64,000 nt of DNA from Azolla caroliniana. Lineage: Eukaryota > Plantae > Polypodiophyta. This document shows, one piece after another, positions 1-12,842 of this stretch. Both the position numbers and the translations under genes were made by a program. The stretch's first letter is position 1. Each line of letters begins with the position of its first letter. The notes under the pieces are model-generated. The model was not told the DNA's origin and made no database searches. It worked only from the letters and a program-made list of their open reading frames with translations. The stretch covers positions 9,486,001 through 9,550,000 of the forward strand of contig JBHGNT010000004.1 in assembly GCA_043228905.1 (NCBI GenBank), in the 5' to 3' direction.

Positions 1-1316
1 GTGGACTGGAAGGTGAGGCCAATCGTGGCTCCCTTGCCAGAGGATAGCTGGGAACGGATAAAAGGGGTCGCGGCCGACCCAAGTTTACGAAATCTGGCTG
101 GCATAGGATATCGGTTCACCGACGAGATGCTACGAGAGCTCAAGATCGGTGGGGGTGGCTTCTTACTGCCTGCGGAGGAAGACCGGTTTCGAAGGATGCT
201 GGAAAGGCATGGGAAAGGCTTCACACTCTCGCCAGGGGAGATCGGGTGCGTCGACATGATGATCGTGGATCCAATGGTGATCTTCACGGTACCGCACGTA
301 CCGTGGAATCTCAGGTTGGTTTCTATGCCGAGAGCTCACATACCGAAGTTGACAGAGCTACTCAAACAAAAGATCGAGATGGGGGTCCTCGAGCCATCGA
401 GCGCCCCAACTCGAATCGGTGATTTACCGTGCCAAAGAAGAACGGCACGCTACACTTCATTCAAGACCTGGAGCCGGTCAACAAAGTAACCATTCGAAAC
501 GTAGGGATTGGGCCGACAATTGACGAGTTTGCGGAAGCCTTCATGGGAAGTTCGACCTACTCGGTCGGCGACTTATACTCTGGATATAACCAATTCCAGC
601 TAGCCATAGAGAGTGGGGACATCATGACGATGCGAACTCCTCTCAGCTTGGTTCAGATGTGTACCTTGCCGCAAGGAGGGACCAACTCGGTGGCACACAT
701 GGTGAATGCAATGATCAAGGTCTTGTAGGACTACATCTCGGACATCACCATGCCTTTCTTGGATGACATCCCGATCAAGGGATGTCCGGAGGAAGTGAAA
801 GATGAATTGATCGGGCCGAACAGATGCCAGAGTTTTGTCGCGGCCCACATCTCCGACTGCAAGAAGATATTGCAGAGGCGTGAGAGCGCTCAACTTACCT
901 TCTCTGGGAAGAAGTCAGCTTTCGGACAATCCGAGATCCTCGTAGTGGGGCACCTGTGTGAACCATACTGCCGGAAACCGTCTCCGGCGAAAGTAGAGGC
1001 CATCTCCGCGATGAAGGAGGAATGGGGGTCGGTCTCGGAAGTCCAGAGATTCTTGGGAGCGTGCACCATCTACCACATTTGGATCCCACACTACCCACAC
1101 CTTGCCGAACCGCTCTACCGGTTGCTAAAGAAAGGTCAGAAGTTCAAATGGGGCACAGAGCACATAGGGGTTGTCCGGAAACTAAAGGAAAAGTTGACAG
1201 TAGCCCCAGCTCTCCGAAAATCGATATACAAGGCGGAAACTCCGGCTTACGTAACGATGGATACGATTCCAACCAGAATCGGGTGGGTGGTTAATCAGGA
1301 AGACAAGGACGGGATA
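1..1316 (+). pseudogene. Decayed Ty3/gypsy pol fragment (RT and start of RNase H), non-chromovirus type
   Basis: Frameshifted ORFs 1-489, 429-728 and 750-1325 carry RT motifs QDLEPVNKVT, DLYSGYNQ, TLPQGGTNS, FLDD and FLG, then degenerate RNase H TMDTIPTRIGWVV. Abrupt switch to a different, AT-richer pol at about 1317. Confidence 0.85.
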
Positions 1317-2369
1317 TATTCATGATAATCTTGCAAATGGCTTTATTCAACATTCTCAATCTCCTACTGGCACTCCTATTTTTTTCGTTAAGAAGAAAGA
1401 AGGATGTTTACTTTTGGTCGTAGATTATCGAGGCTTGAACAAGATTATGATCCGAAATCGATATGCTCTACCATTGATTCCAAATCTCTTGGAATATCTC
1501 AGTGGGTCCAAATACTTCACAAGGCTAGACTTACAAGGTGCTTATAACCTTGTTCGTATTCGACCTTGTGATGAATGGAAAATTGCTTTTTGCACGTGAT
1601 ATGGTCACTTCGAGTACACAATAATGCCATTCGATTGTACAAATGCTCCAACAATTTTCCAACATATGGAAAATGATATCTTTCGAGATTTCCTTGATAT
1701 CTTCACACTAATTTACTTGGATGACATACTAATATACTTATAGACACAAGAGGAGCACGATAACCATGTTCGACAAGTTCTGCAACGATTACGGGAATTT
1801 GGTCTTTTTGCCAAACTCTGAGAAATGTTGGTTTGACCGCAATCAAGTGGAATTTCTAGGGTATATGATCTCTCTGGAAGGTATTTCTATAGATCCAAAG
1901 AAAGTACAAATGGTTCTAGATTGGAAGACACCAGGCTTAGTTCGCGACCTGCAATGTTTCTTGGGATTTGCAAATTTCTACCACAATTTCATCAGGAGTT
2001 ACTCAAAAGTTGCTTTGCCCCTCACAAAACTATCACAAAAGAACCAAACATTTGTATGCATGACAAGCGCATCCGATGCATTTGATAGCTTGAAGCAAGC
2101 ATTTACATCTGCTCCGATTTTGGTCCACGTTGACCTTGAAAAGCCGTTTATCATAGAAGTATATACATTTGATTTTGCACTAGGAAGTGTTGTATCGCAA
2201 ATAGCGCATGATGAGAAATTGCATCCAATTGCATTTCATTCAAGAAAGTTTGAACCTGTAGAAATCAATTATGAAAACCATGACAAATAATTGTTGGCAA
2301 TTGCTGATTCTTTCGAACAATGGTTTCACTTCTTGGAAGGTTCTCCCCACCAAATTGTTGTTTACAGTG

Positions 2370-3064
2370 TGACGGGAACTCGATGCTCGTTATACGCAAC
2401 GCTCGGCCACAACCGAGCTTAGAATCATACACAGAAAACGGGAAATAATGAACGACATGAAGAAGAGACGAGTACGCAGGATGTTTACGTGGAAAACCCA
2501 AACTAAGGGAAAAACCACGGCAGCCCACATGCTGCAAACTATCACTATGCTAGAATGTACAACAGTGAGTTCACGGAGGTAACGACCTCGTGCTCACGAT
2601 CCTTGCCACAGGCGGCAGTTACAATAGAGGCAACGACCTCTTCCTCTCTCTCTCGCTCTCTGTACACTGTTACACACACTCTCTCTTCTTACACCAACAA
2701 GAAAATGAAAACTGCTACTAAAAGTTTGCCCTAAGTCATATTTATACTAATATGACTTTTCGGCTATTTACAAATATAGCCATGATGGACTCTCAGAAAC
2801 ATATTTACGAATATGTCTCTTCATCCGGTCTTGACCGGGTCTGCACCATCCGGCTCTCCGTAGCCGAGTACTCCTCATTCGGTTCTCACCGGGTCTGCAC
2901 CATCCGGCTCTCCGTAGCCGGGTACTCCTCATCCGGTTCTCACCGGGTCTGCACCATCCGGCTCTCCGTAGCCGGGGACTCCTCATACGGTTTCGGCCTC
3001 GGCCGAGTTTGTTCATCAGCATTGTTCTTCTCCCTTCCCATCCGGAGGGACCTGTCTCCCAACA
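2370..3064. mobile_element. Solo LTR (695 bp) with 5-bp TSD CAGTG
   Basis: TGACGGGA...CTCCCAACA flanked by CAGTG at 2365-2369 and 3065-3069. Removing it restores the RNase H frame (tac agt gat cat aaa aac). Confidence 0.9.
2820..2990. repeat. Three tandem copies of a 54-bp unit inside the solo LTR
   Basis: Unit accgggtctgcaccatccggctctccgtagccgRgKactcctcaT...; seen in the ORF track as a repeated 18-aa RVCTIRLSVA.YSS.GS. Confidence 0.9.
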
Positions 3065-3916
3065 CAGTGATCATAAAAACCTCACATACTTTTAGAATGC
3101 TAAGTCCTAAATCGACGACAAGCTCGGTGGACACAATTTTTTTCATGGTTCAACTTTATGATAACATATCGACTAGGAATACAACAAGGTAAAGTTGATG
3201 CCTTATCAAGACGCTCTTATTTTGCACCAAAACCGGGGGACCCAACTTATGACCATCAAGAACAAGTCCTTTTGAGCCCTAGTCGTCTACAATTAATGGT
3301 GACAAATGTTGCTGAGACAACTTTGGATTCAAAATTTCTTGATTCTATTCGCTCAAGCATTGGTTCAAATGATTTTGCACAATACATTTTAGACCACATT
3401 GTTCCAACTTTTTGTACACGCTCCAACTTTTCTCGCATGGATTATGGGAACTTCAGTTGGCATGATGGGATTTTTTATCGAAACAACTGTACTTATATTC
3501 CCAATGGACCTTCTCGACTTGAAGTCTTGCATCACTGCCATGATTCACCATTAGCTGGACATTTCGGAGTTTTGAAAACATTGGAGCTAGTTACCTAAAA
3601 CTATTGGTGGCCTCAGGTTCGTCAATTTGTCATAGACTATTTTTCTACATGTGATGTATGTTGTCAATCAAAGATGCCTTGACATCGGCCATATGGTTAG
3701 TTGCACCCATTGCCCATTCTAGATGGTCCGTGAAAATCCATTTCTATCGATTTCATCACAGATCTCCCATCTTCCCAAGGCTATGATGCTATTCTTACAA
3801 TCCCACGGTCAAGGATCGTCTAGAACAACTCAAAGAAATTCAAGCCAACCTTTCCCATAATTTGCTTCATGCTCTCATTATCTTCTTTTCTTGGATGTCT
3901 ACATCTTCTTTGAAGC

Positions 3917-4135
3917 TTGGGCCGCGACAGAATTCATCAAGACATGCAATACTTGTGCTTGATCCAAAGTAGCATATCATCATTCATACAATCTGCTCTA
4001 ACAACTCCCATTCCAAGCAGGTTGTGGGCATCTATGTCACTTAACTTCATCACCAACTTAGCTCAATTTGATAGAGTCGACTCGGTGATAGTAACGGTCG
4101 ACCATTTTACCAAATTGGTTCACTTTGTCCCCTAG
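3917..4135 (+). pseudogene. Short gypsy integrase remnant
   Basis: PIPSRLWASMSLNFITNL...VDHFTKLVHFVP is a degenerate integrase core start. Confidence 0.7.
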
Positions 4136-4369
4136 GGAGTTCACTGTCAAAACTTGTATGATACCACATGAGTTCATCAAAAGGGGTTTAAATTAGTCAC
4201 AAAGATACAGAATGTATATATATAAGGGTATTAATAAATATTGGGAAATATATTTCCATAAGGGTATTATCGATTATGCTAGTGAAAGCAATTTCATAAC
4301 CCCATGAAATATTACATATTTCAATGAGATAGTAAAGAATATATTATGCAAACAATACTCAAATTTGGA

Positions 4370-4585
4370 GTAGCATATATACATACATTCTTTTATACAT
4401 ACATACATATACATACATGCATGCATATATACCTACATTCAAACATTACATCCATGAATATGTATATACATACATTACACCCATTTATACATGCATACTC
4501 ACTAAACATAAATATATGTACAAATTATATATATTAGCATATGTAAATATGTACATACACATACATAAATACATTACATACTACG
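4370..4585. repeat. Degenerate (TACA/TA)n low-complexity tract
   Basis: Runs such as atacatacatatatacatacat. Confidence 0.75.
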
Positions 4586-5140
4586 ATCTAACATTTCATT
4601 GACGTATGTGATAAGAAACAACAGGAGAAAAAACAGAGAACACTAAAGAAGATGAAGTAGAAGATAGTTGACACGTTATGTCAGGGGAACTCTGACGCAA
4701 CGCCCCAACCACTCCTCCACATTTTGCTATCATTGTCGTCTTTACGCGGGAAGAAGAGGTCATGCTGAGAAGAGAGGTAAGTCATCTACACTCCTATTCA
4801 ATAGTGTGCAGGGTAATAGGTTTACAGCAAAATAGAGGGGATTTGCGAGATCTCCTTCAGGTGGCGTTTCAACATTGGATAGGAAAAATAATTGATGTTT
4901 AGTTCATTCGGCATGGTTTTTATTACTTAGAATTGGATACAACTGAGTCCATAGAGGTAATGTTGAATGGTAATATGATTAATATTCGGAATGTGATTGC
5001 ATGTTTTGTGCCATGGAAATTGGGCTTTGATCCCATCAAAATTATGAATTTTCCATTTTTTTCCAAAGAATGCCTAAGGATACATGGTTGTACTTCCATC
5101 AATCGCAATGAAAATCTTCACAGTTCCTTCTCCTCGTAAG

Positions 5141-6046
5141 TGTCATGAATACATAAACATCATGGCTTCACCTGGGCTTGAACCCAAGACCTTGAAATAC
5201 ATAATCAAGAACCTAACCATTAAGATAACCTACGATCATATAAGATGATAAAAGCTACTTCTTATAATACACTGATTATGGTAAATACTCTGGAACATTC
5301 TAGAACATTCTATAGGAACCTATAAATATAGACATGTACAATTCTTCTCAAACCAATTCGAATCAACACCAGTCTTAAGCTCTCATCAGCTATCTCGTAT
5401 CCATTCTCATTCTATCTAATACATTCATTCTTCTCTTATCATTTCATTCCTCTCTTCTTGTGATCTCTTTATATCTTTCTTCTGTCACTCTATCTTTCTC
5501 TTGGTTTTGACAGTTTGATTCGAATTCATCTCTCTCTCCTTTATCCTCGTCTATAAACATCATGAAACCATGGTTGCCATCAACTTAGAAGAATATCTCA
5601 CCCTTGTTGCAAAAGTGGAGAATCTTAAATCCAAGTTTGCATCTCTTGCATTAGAGAATCAACGTCTTCTTGGATATCCACAAAAGGTTACTATGGAGAA
5701 ACAACAACAACAAGAGGAGTTTACATGACGGGTGCAACAATTAGAATCGACAATCGTAGTTTTACAACAACATAGGGTCGAACGTCAAGGAATTATCAAG
5801 GAGCCCAAAATCAGCCTCCCAACTAAATTTGAAGGTTCGAGGGGGAATTTCCGAGGTTTCTTGAATCAAGTGAGGTTGGTAATTCAAATGCATCCCACAC
5901 GTTATGCGACAGATGCATCACGAGTCGGGTTAGTGGGCACCTTATTGATTGGCATAGCGTTGTCATGGTTTTCTCCATTACTAGAGACAAACTCTCCTCT
6001 ACTGCATAGTTTCGAGGAGTTGAAAGCTTGCTTTCGAGATACAAAT
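5141..6046 (+). mobile_element. Chromovirus G: 5' LTR (5141-5512), self-priming PBS (5515-5526) and truncated gag
   Basis: LTR TGTCATGA...TTTTGACA with TATAAATA at 5321. Gag EPKISLPTKFEGSRGNFRGFLNQVRLVIQMHP is cut at 6046 by the LTR of H. Confidence 0.85.
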
Positions 6047-6525
6047 TGTCATGATATGGCAATACTCAAACCCATGACCTTATGTTACATGGGTCGAGCT
6101 CTTGACCATTAGACTATTTGCTGTAATACAAAGGATATTATTTTCATTTAAGTTTTACTATAGAAAATTGACATATATTCCAGATTTCTCTGGAACATTC
6201 TAGAAACTTCAGGAGTACTCCTGAGAAAACTATAAAAGGAGGTACAAGGAATTATTTCGAGCCAAATTGGTTCAACGCCAGTCTTAAGCCTCCTCCTAGC
6301 TACTATTGTATATTCTCTTAACATAATATATATCTTTTGTTATCATCATTCTCTCTCTCGATCTCTCGATCTCTCGATCTCACTCACTCTTTCCTTCTCT
6401 CGAGAGTTCTACACCTCCCTTAGTACTAATCCTCATCTTTTAGTACTAATTCTTTATGTGTCTTAGTACTGTTCTCTATCTTAGTACTGCTCCTAACAGT
6501 ACTTCTCTTAGTACTGCTCCTGACA
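6047..6525 (+). mobile_element. 5' LTR of chromovirus H
   Basis: TGTCATGA...CCTGACA, TATAAAA at 6231, repeated TAGTACT in U5. Homologous to 52094-52567 and, inverted, to 10763-11219. Confidence 0.92.
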
Positions 6526-6619
6526 GTTTGAACCGATTTTGCTCTCCTTCCTTCTCTTCCTTTATCTTCTTACTTCCCCCCCTTCATACTAATCTCTTAT
6601 TAATCTTTTCTCTCATACT

Positions 6620-7771
6620 ATGGCCATTGTTAGCGCTCAAGAATATCAATCCGTTTTTTAGGAGTTGCAATGCTTAAAAGAGAAGTTTCTGGCGTTGGAA
6701 CAAGAAAATCAACGACTATTGGGGGAGGTTCAACAAATATCCTTAGAGAAACAGCAGATGCAACAACAACACGGGGAACTAGCATTACACATGCAACAAC
6801 TCGAAGCAACCATAGTAGCAATGCAACAACAAGGACCTAGTACGCAAGGGGTTCATAAAGAACCCAAGATCGGTCTTCCCATGAAATTCGATGGAATGCG
6901 ATCACAGTTTAGAAGATTCCTTAATCAAGTACGATTAGTCATTCAAATGCATCCTTCCCGAGATCCCACCAATGCATCACGAGGGGGTTTAGTAGGCACG
7001 TTGTTAAGTGGCTCAGCTTTGGTATGGTTCACTCCATTGTTAGAAAAGGAATCTCCTTTACTAAACAATTTTGAAGATTTTTTAAGTGAGTTTAAAGCTT
7101 GTTTTGGAGACACTGACAGCATAAGGACAACAATCAACAAAATCCAACGATTACGTCAAGGTGATCGTCCAGCCTCCGCATACACTGCAGATTTTCACCT
7201 ACTCGCCTCCAATATCCCCTGGGATGACCAAGCACTTATGGAGCAATTTCGTTATGGTCTACATAACGATGTCAAGGATTTACTCTTGACCTTCCCTGAA
7301 GAACCAAAGTCATTGACAGAAGCAATCAGTCACGCGGTGAGATGCGACAATCGTCTTTTCGAACGACGTTCGGACCGTCAGTTCCAGATGCCAAGGGCAA
7401 GATCAGAGCTCACCTACGCCTCAGTGGTAGAAAAACCTTTTCCAAGGGAGTCACATAATGCGTCTCCAGTTAATACTCCAACTCCGATGGAAATTGACAC
7501 TACACGTCGTCACGGACCATTATCGGAAGAAGAAAAACAACAACATCGAGCAAATCGACTATGTCTTTATTGCAGTGGACTAGGGCATATTGCAGTGAAC
7601 TGTCCCCATAGGCCAAGAAGACAGGTGAACCAAATAGTTGCTAGTCCTAATTGTACTAAACCCAAGTCTATTTCAGTAGGAATATCTGATAGTCCTAATA
7701 GGACTAATAGTCCAAATCTATCAAACAAATTTGATGTCCTTAGTCAAATAGATGAAGAGTTAAACGATTAA
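6620..7771 (+). pseudogene. gag: gag of chromovirus H (coiled coil, capsid, CCHC knuckle), frameshifted near the 5' end
   Basis: ORF 6665-7771 contains LRQG, TPMEID and CLYCSGLGHIAVNC. The ATG at about 6620 is in another frame. Confidence 0.88.
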
Positions 7772-8048
7772 GTCCAGCCAAAATAGGAGTCGTTTGGTTA
7801 GACAGCCCTAGATCTGTGCAGCTCATTAGTGGTTTCATTCCCTCTAAGCAAGTTAACAATGTGTTCTTAGCCCAAGTAACCGTTAGTACTAAAAGTACCT
7901 CTCCAGTACATGTCTCAACACTCCTAGATTTCGGAGCTAATTCTTGCTTCATGGATAAGAATTTTGCCCAAGCTCATTAGATATCCCTAAGAAAACTCCC
8001 GTGTCCAGCCTCTATGGTAGTCATTGATGATCGTCCTATTGCTTCCGG
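7772..8048 (+). pseudogene. Protease of H, interrupted at 8048 and resuming at about 48813
   Basis: LLDFGANSCFMD...RPIASG continues as NIIEESEP at 48813; the intact version IASGNIIEESEP is in ORF 9095-9514. Confidence 0.88.
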
Positions 8049-8892
8049 TGTCGTGAAGATCCGTCACCACGTGCGGATCGTGAGGCGGAACCGCCGGGGT
8101 TCTGGATTGGAGGGACTCGAAGTTTGCACAAGCTTTAGCGAGAAAGGAATTAAGATAGATTCAGAGAGAGAGATTGAGATAAGATAGAACGATTGACTTT
8201 AGATTGAGAGAGATTAAGATTGAACTCTTGACTTTACATTTGAAGAACAAGATTGATACATCAATTGGATATTGAATTTCCTACTTTTAATTTATTGATT
8301 AATACATCAATTGGATAACAAATTTTCTTCTTAATATTAATTTTGATATAAAGTACAAAGCTCCCTTTGATATTTTTCATCCACCCTTTTATAGATGCTC
8401 CCATGCATATGATGCATGTGAGGTTACAAGACATGCATACAATGCATGGAATGCATGTGATGCATGTTTGTCATTTGGCGCTCATGCATCACATGTCATG
8501 AGATCGAGCTCTAATATGAGAATTGACATGTAAAGCTATAATAATAAAAATATAATACCTAAAGAAATGACTTGGCTTAATGGTAAGTCTATTATTTCCT
8601 ATCTTGGAGGTGTAAAGTTCGAGTTTTGCTTACATCTTTTTCTTTTATGCACAAAATACTATTAGGCTTTTGGACCAAATATCTTTGAGACACCATGCAC
8701 CGCGATCAACCGACCTGACCGATCCATCCAATTTGCATCCGTTTGTCCAGCCCAATCCGCATCCCGAGTCGCTTGCCGGTAACCGTCTGGTCGCCGGTTG
8801 CTGCCGGTTTTGGTTGGCCAAAAACTTTTACAAGTCACTTGCCAGTAACCGGCTGGTCGTTGCTTGCCGCCGGCTCACCGGTTCCATCGTCG
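8049..8892 (-). mobile_element. Truncated 3' LTR of Trp-primed element C
   Basis: Starts TGTCGTGAAGAT like 12745; 8193-8840 is homologous to about 47747-48420. Left flank CCGG. Confidence 0.8.
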
Positions 8893-10867
8893 GTTGCCGC
8901 GTATTGGCTCGTACTTTATCGAATACATCGGCATAATGATGATACTTCTTTGGAAGCTGAACGGTGGACTCCTCTTTAATGGTGTCGGAGGGTTTTAGTG
9001 ATATTGCGAAGAGAAACATTTCTTCCTTGCGTCCTTCTTCCCGCAACTGATGTAGTGAAATGGTGGCAATCTTCTGAGTAGATCCTCGGGTTTGTCAACA
9101 CTGGATTTCTCTTGTTCTCCAATCTATGTGTGGGTTATGTAACTCGAACCATGGTAATCCCAAAACGATGGGATGTTCTGGGATACTAATAATGTTAAAT
9201 GATACTACACATGCTAAGTTATCTAAGACAATATTAACGGGTTCTGACTCTTCTATGATATTTCCGGAAGCAATGGGACGACCATCAATGACGACTACAG
9301 AGGCTGGACACGGGAGTTTTCTAAGAGATATCTGATGAGCTTGGGCAAAATTCCTATCCATAAAGCAAGAATTAGCTCCGGAGTCTAGAAGTGCTAAGAC
9401 TTGTACTAGAGGGGTACTTTTAGTACTAACTGTTACTTGGGCTATGAACACATTGCTAACTTGCTTAGAGGGAATGGAACCACTAATGGGATGCACAGAT
9501 CTAGGGTTGTCCAACCAAACGGCTCCTATTTTGGCTGGACTTAATCGTTTAACTCTTCTTCTAACTGACTAAGGACATCAAATTTGTTTGCTAGATCTAG
9601 GCTATTAGTACTATTAGTACTATCAGATATCCCTACTTTAATAGGATCGGGTTTAGTACAATTAGAACTAGCAACTATTTGGTTTACCTGTCTTCTTGGC
9701 CTATGGGGACAATTTATTGTGATGTGTCCTGGTCCACCGCAGTAGAGACATAGTCGATTTGTTCGGCGTTGCTGCTTTTCTTCTTCGGATAATGGTCCTC
9801 GACGACGTGTAGTGTCAATCTCCATCGGAGTCGAAGTATTCACTGGAGGCGCATTATAGTACTCCCCAGGTAAAGGTTTTTCTACCATTGAGGCGTAGGT
9901 GGGCTCTGATCTTGCCCTCGGCATCTGTAGCTGTCGTTCCGAACGTCGCTCAAAGAGGCGGTTATCACATCTCACCGCACGATTGATTGCTTTTGTTAAG
10001 GACTTTGGCTCTTCAAGGAAAGTCGAGAGTAAATCCTTGACATCGTTGCGTAAACCATAATGAAATTGCTCCATCAACGCTTGATCATCCCAAGGGATGT
10101 CAGCGGCGAGTAGGCAGAAATCTGCAGCGTATGCGGAGGCTAGACGGTCTCCTTGGCGTAATCGCCGGATTTTGTTGATTGCGGTCCTTATGCTATCAGT
10201 ATCCCCAAAGCATGCTTTAAACTCACCTATAAACTCTTCAAAGTTGTTGAGTAATGGAGACTCCTTTCCCAACAGTGGAGCGAACCATGCCAACATTGAG
10301 CCACTTAATAGCGTCCCTACTAAACCCACTGGTGATGCATCGGTAGGATATCGGGAAGGATGCATTGAATAACTAATCGTACCTGATTAAGGAACCCTCT
10401 AAACTGCGATCGTGTTCCATCGAACTTCGTGGGAAGGCCAATCTTGGGTTCCTTATGAATCCCTTGTGTTCCAGGGCCTTGTTGTTGCATCGCTACGATG
10501 GTTGCTTCGAGTTGTTGCATGCGTAATGCAAGTTCCCCATGTTGTTGTTGCATTTGCTGCTTTTCTAAGGAGATTTGTTGAAGATCCCCTAGCAACCGTT
10601 GATTTTCTTGTTCCAAAGCAAGGAACTTCTCTTTCAAGCATTGAAACTCCGAGAAAACAGATTGATATTCCCGAGCGCTAACTGTGGGCATGGGATGAAA
10701 AGAAAAGAGGAATAAGAGATTAGTATGAAGGTAGAGAGACAGAAGGGAAAATTGGTTCAAACTATCAGGAATAGTACTAAACAGAGAGAGAATTAGTACT
10801 AGAGAAGGGAAGTACTATTAGAACTAAGAGGACGGGACTGCATAAGACTCCCGAGAGAGGAAGAGAG

Positions 10868-10928
<61 letters not shown>

Positions 10929-11219
10929 GATAACTGATTATATATTATAAGAAGAGTAAGTACAAAAGGTTTATGAGGCTAAAGACTGGCGTTGAACCAA
11001 TTTGGTTCAAGATAATGCCTAGTGCCTCTTTTATAGTGTTCTCAGGAGTTATCTTGAAGCTTGTAGAATGTTCCAGAGAAATCTGGAATATACATTAATT
11101 TCCTATAATAAAATGTAAACGAAAATAATATCTTACGTATTACAATAGATGATATAATGGTCAGGAACTTGACCCATATAACCTAAGGTCATGGGTTCGA
11201 GTCTTGCCATATCATGAGA
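8893..11219 (-). mobile_element. Truncated H-family copy (H'): LTR 10763-11219, frameshifted gag 9541-10690, protease 9095-9540
   Basis: Gag is near-identical to H (CLYCGGPGHITINC); protease LLDSGANSCFMD; LTR contains (GA)n. The 3' part is deleted. Confidence 0.9.
10855..10924. repeat. (GA)n microsatellite in the H' LTR (copy at 26566-26635)
   Basis: Direct reading. Confidence 0.95.
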
Positions 11220-12842
11220 ACAATCCTTTATTATGCTTCTCTCTTCGCCGCATGTATTAGTTTCGACCTTCGGTTCTTCACCATCACCTCCCGTCTCTTG
11301 GGTCTTACATTGGTTCTCGGACGTAATTGCCCAAGTCTCTGGAACAAGTGTGGAGAAAATTTGGCCGTCGTCATTGGTTGTATTATCTTGGTCCTTCTCT
11401 TCCTTTTTGCCACCATCCGTCTCTTGGGTCTCACGTTGGTTCCCAGACGCAACTACCCAAGTCTCTAGATGAAATGTTAGGAAAGTCTCCACATGACCAT
11501 CCGCCATCGGCTCGTTCATAGCCATCTCTGACTCGATGTCGTTTTTCGTGGCTATCTCTTCAATCTCATGGGCCTCGCACCCATTGACCCTCTTGATCGA
11601 TCAAGCTTCGATTATCCTTCTCTCTTCGTCGCATGTATTCTTTTCGACCTTCCGTCTCTTGGTTCTCACGTTGGTTCTTTGACTCAACTGCCCAAGTCTC
11701 TGGAACATGTGTGGAGAAAATCTGGCCATGGTCGTTGTCGACGCTTGTGGTCTTGTTCATAGTCACCTCCTCAATGTCCTTTTTAGCGGCTAGATCCTCA
11801 ATTACACTAACCTCGGACTCTTTATCTCCATTGATGCAAGCTTCGATTAGGCTTGCTTCTTCATCATCCAATGTTTCGAACACGACGCGCGTTCTGAAAC
11901 ATTCATCCTCCCTCTAAGTGGCCTTCTCCATCCCCGAGTCATCATCAATCTTCTTTTCATGTAGGTTGCTTTGTTTAGACACCTCAACTTCTTTAGGTGT
12001 TCTTGATTTTTCTATGCTTGGTCTTACAAAGTCAATATCATCAAGCCATTAATGACTCATGTCGATCTTGTTGCATGCTTGCTTCACCGCAACCCAGTCC
12101 GCTACAAGCCCGTTCGCTTGGGTATAATCTTCGAGGAGAGTCCCCAACTCTCTCCTATCCTTCATTTCCACAGCTTTCAAGAAGTACAAAGTCTTGTCCT
12201 CCTCAACTAGCACTTGGTCCATGGCTGGGAGACGACGAAACATTTGGTCGAACTCATCGTACACCCTCGAGGCGCGCATCTTCTTATTTTTCTTCTCTAA
12301 CCACCTCATCAAGGTATGTCGAGTCATCCTCGACAAATCTTCCATCGAGAACTCTGCTAATATTGATCTTTCAAACTCTGACCACGTTGTCTTGCCTTCT
12401 TGAAGCTCGATGACACGTTTTTGGATGTTGTTGACAACAACTCTCTTGAAGCTTGCGATTTGACGTGCTTCAGACACGTCCCTTTGATTCATCTCCCTTC
12501 TATATGCGTCAAGGACCTTCGTAATGTTCCTTCCGTCAAATTGAACCTCGAGCTCAATGATACAGTCGACAGCCTTCTCCACGCTCGCATCGTTGTCTCG
12601 AGATCTCATCATTTGTTCGAAGATTATCATCATCCTTTCGAACTCTCCCGCTTGATTGCTTGAGGACGCCATCTCCAAGTATTGGTCGATCCTCGACTTG
12701 ATCCTTCCTACCACCTCTTTCACGTCGGGTTCACCACTTAATTATGTCGTGAAGATCCGTCACTACGTGTGGATCGTGAGGTGGAACCGTCGAGGTTCGA
12801 AACCAGAAGGACTCGAAGTTTGCACAAGCTTTAGCGAGAAAG
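11220..12842 (-). mobile_element. Element C: U5 end of 5' LTR (12745-12842), tRNA-Trp PBS (12721-12736) and broken gag-like ORF with ETWAV repeats (copy at 26931-28553)
   Basis: PBS TGGTGAACCCGACGTG on the minus strand. ORF 12049-12723 (FDGRNITKVLDAYRREM) is homologous to the A/B proteins; ORFs 11566-11883 and 11220-11525 carry PETWAV repeats. Confidence 0.85.

Larger units (their letters stand above)
1317..3800 (+). pseudogene. Decayed Tcn1-like chromovirus pol (RT, RNase H, integrase), interrupted by a solo LTR
   Basis: [13 protein letters not shown] at about 1714, FLGFANFY, AFHSRKF, DALSRR and [10 protein letters not shown], with many stops. The YSDHKNL motif is split across 2369/3070 by the solo LTR. 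Confidence 0.9.

Noticed and set aside
2752-3192. Repeat-containing protein
   Set aside because: Translation of the 54-bp LTR repeats; crosses the LTR boundary.
4145-4673. Possible solo LTR or MITE (TGTCAA...TTGACA)
   Set aside because: No matching TSD and no second copy in the window.
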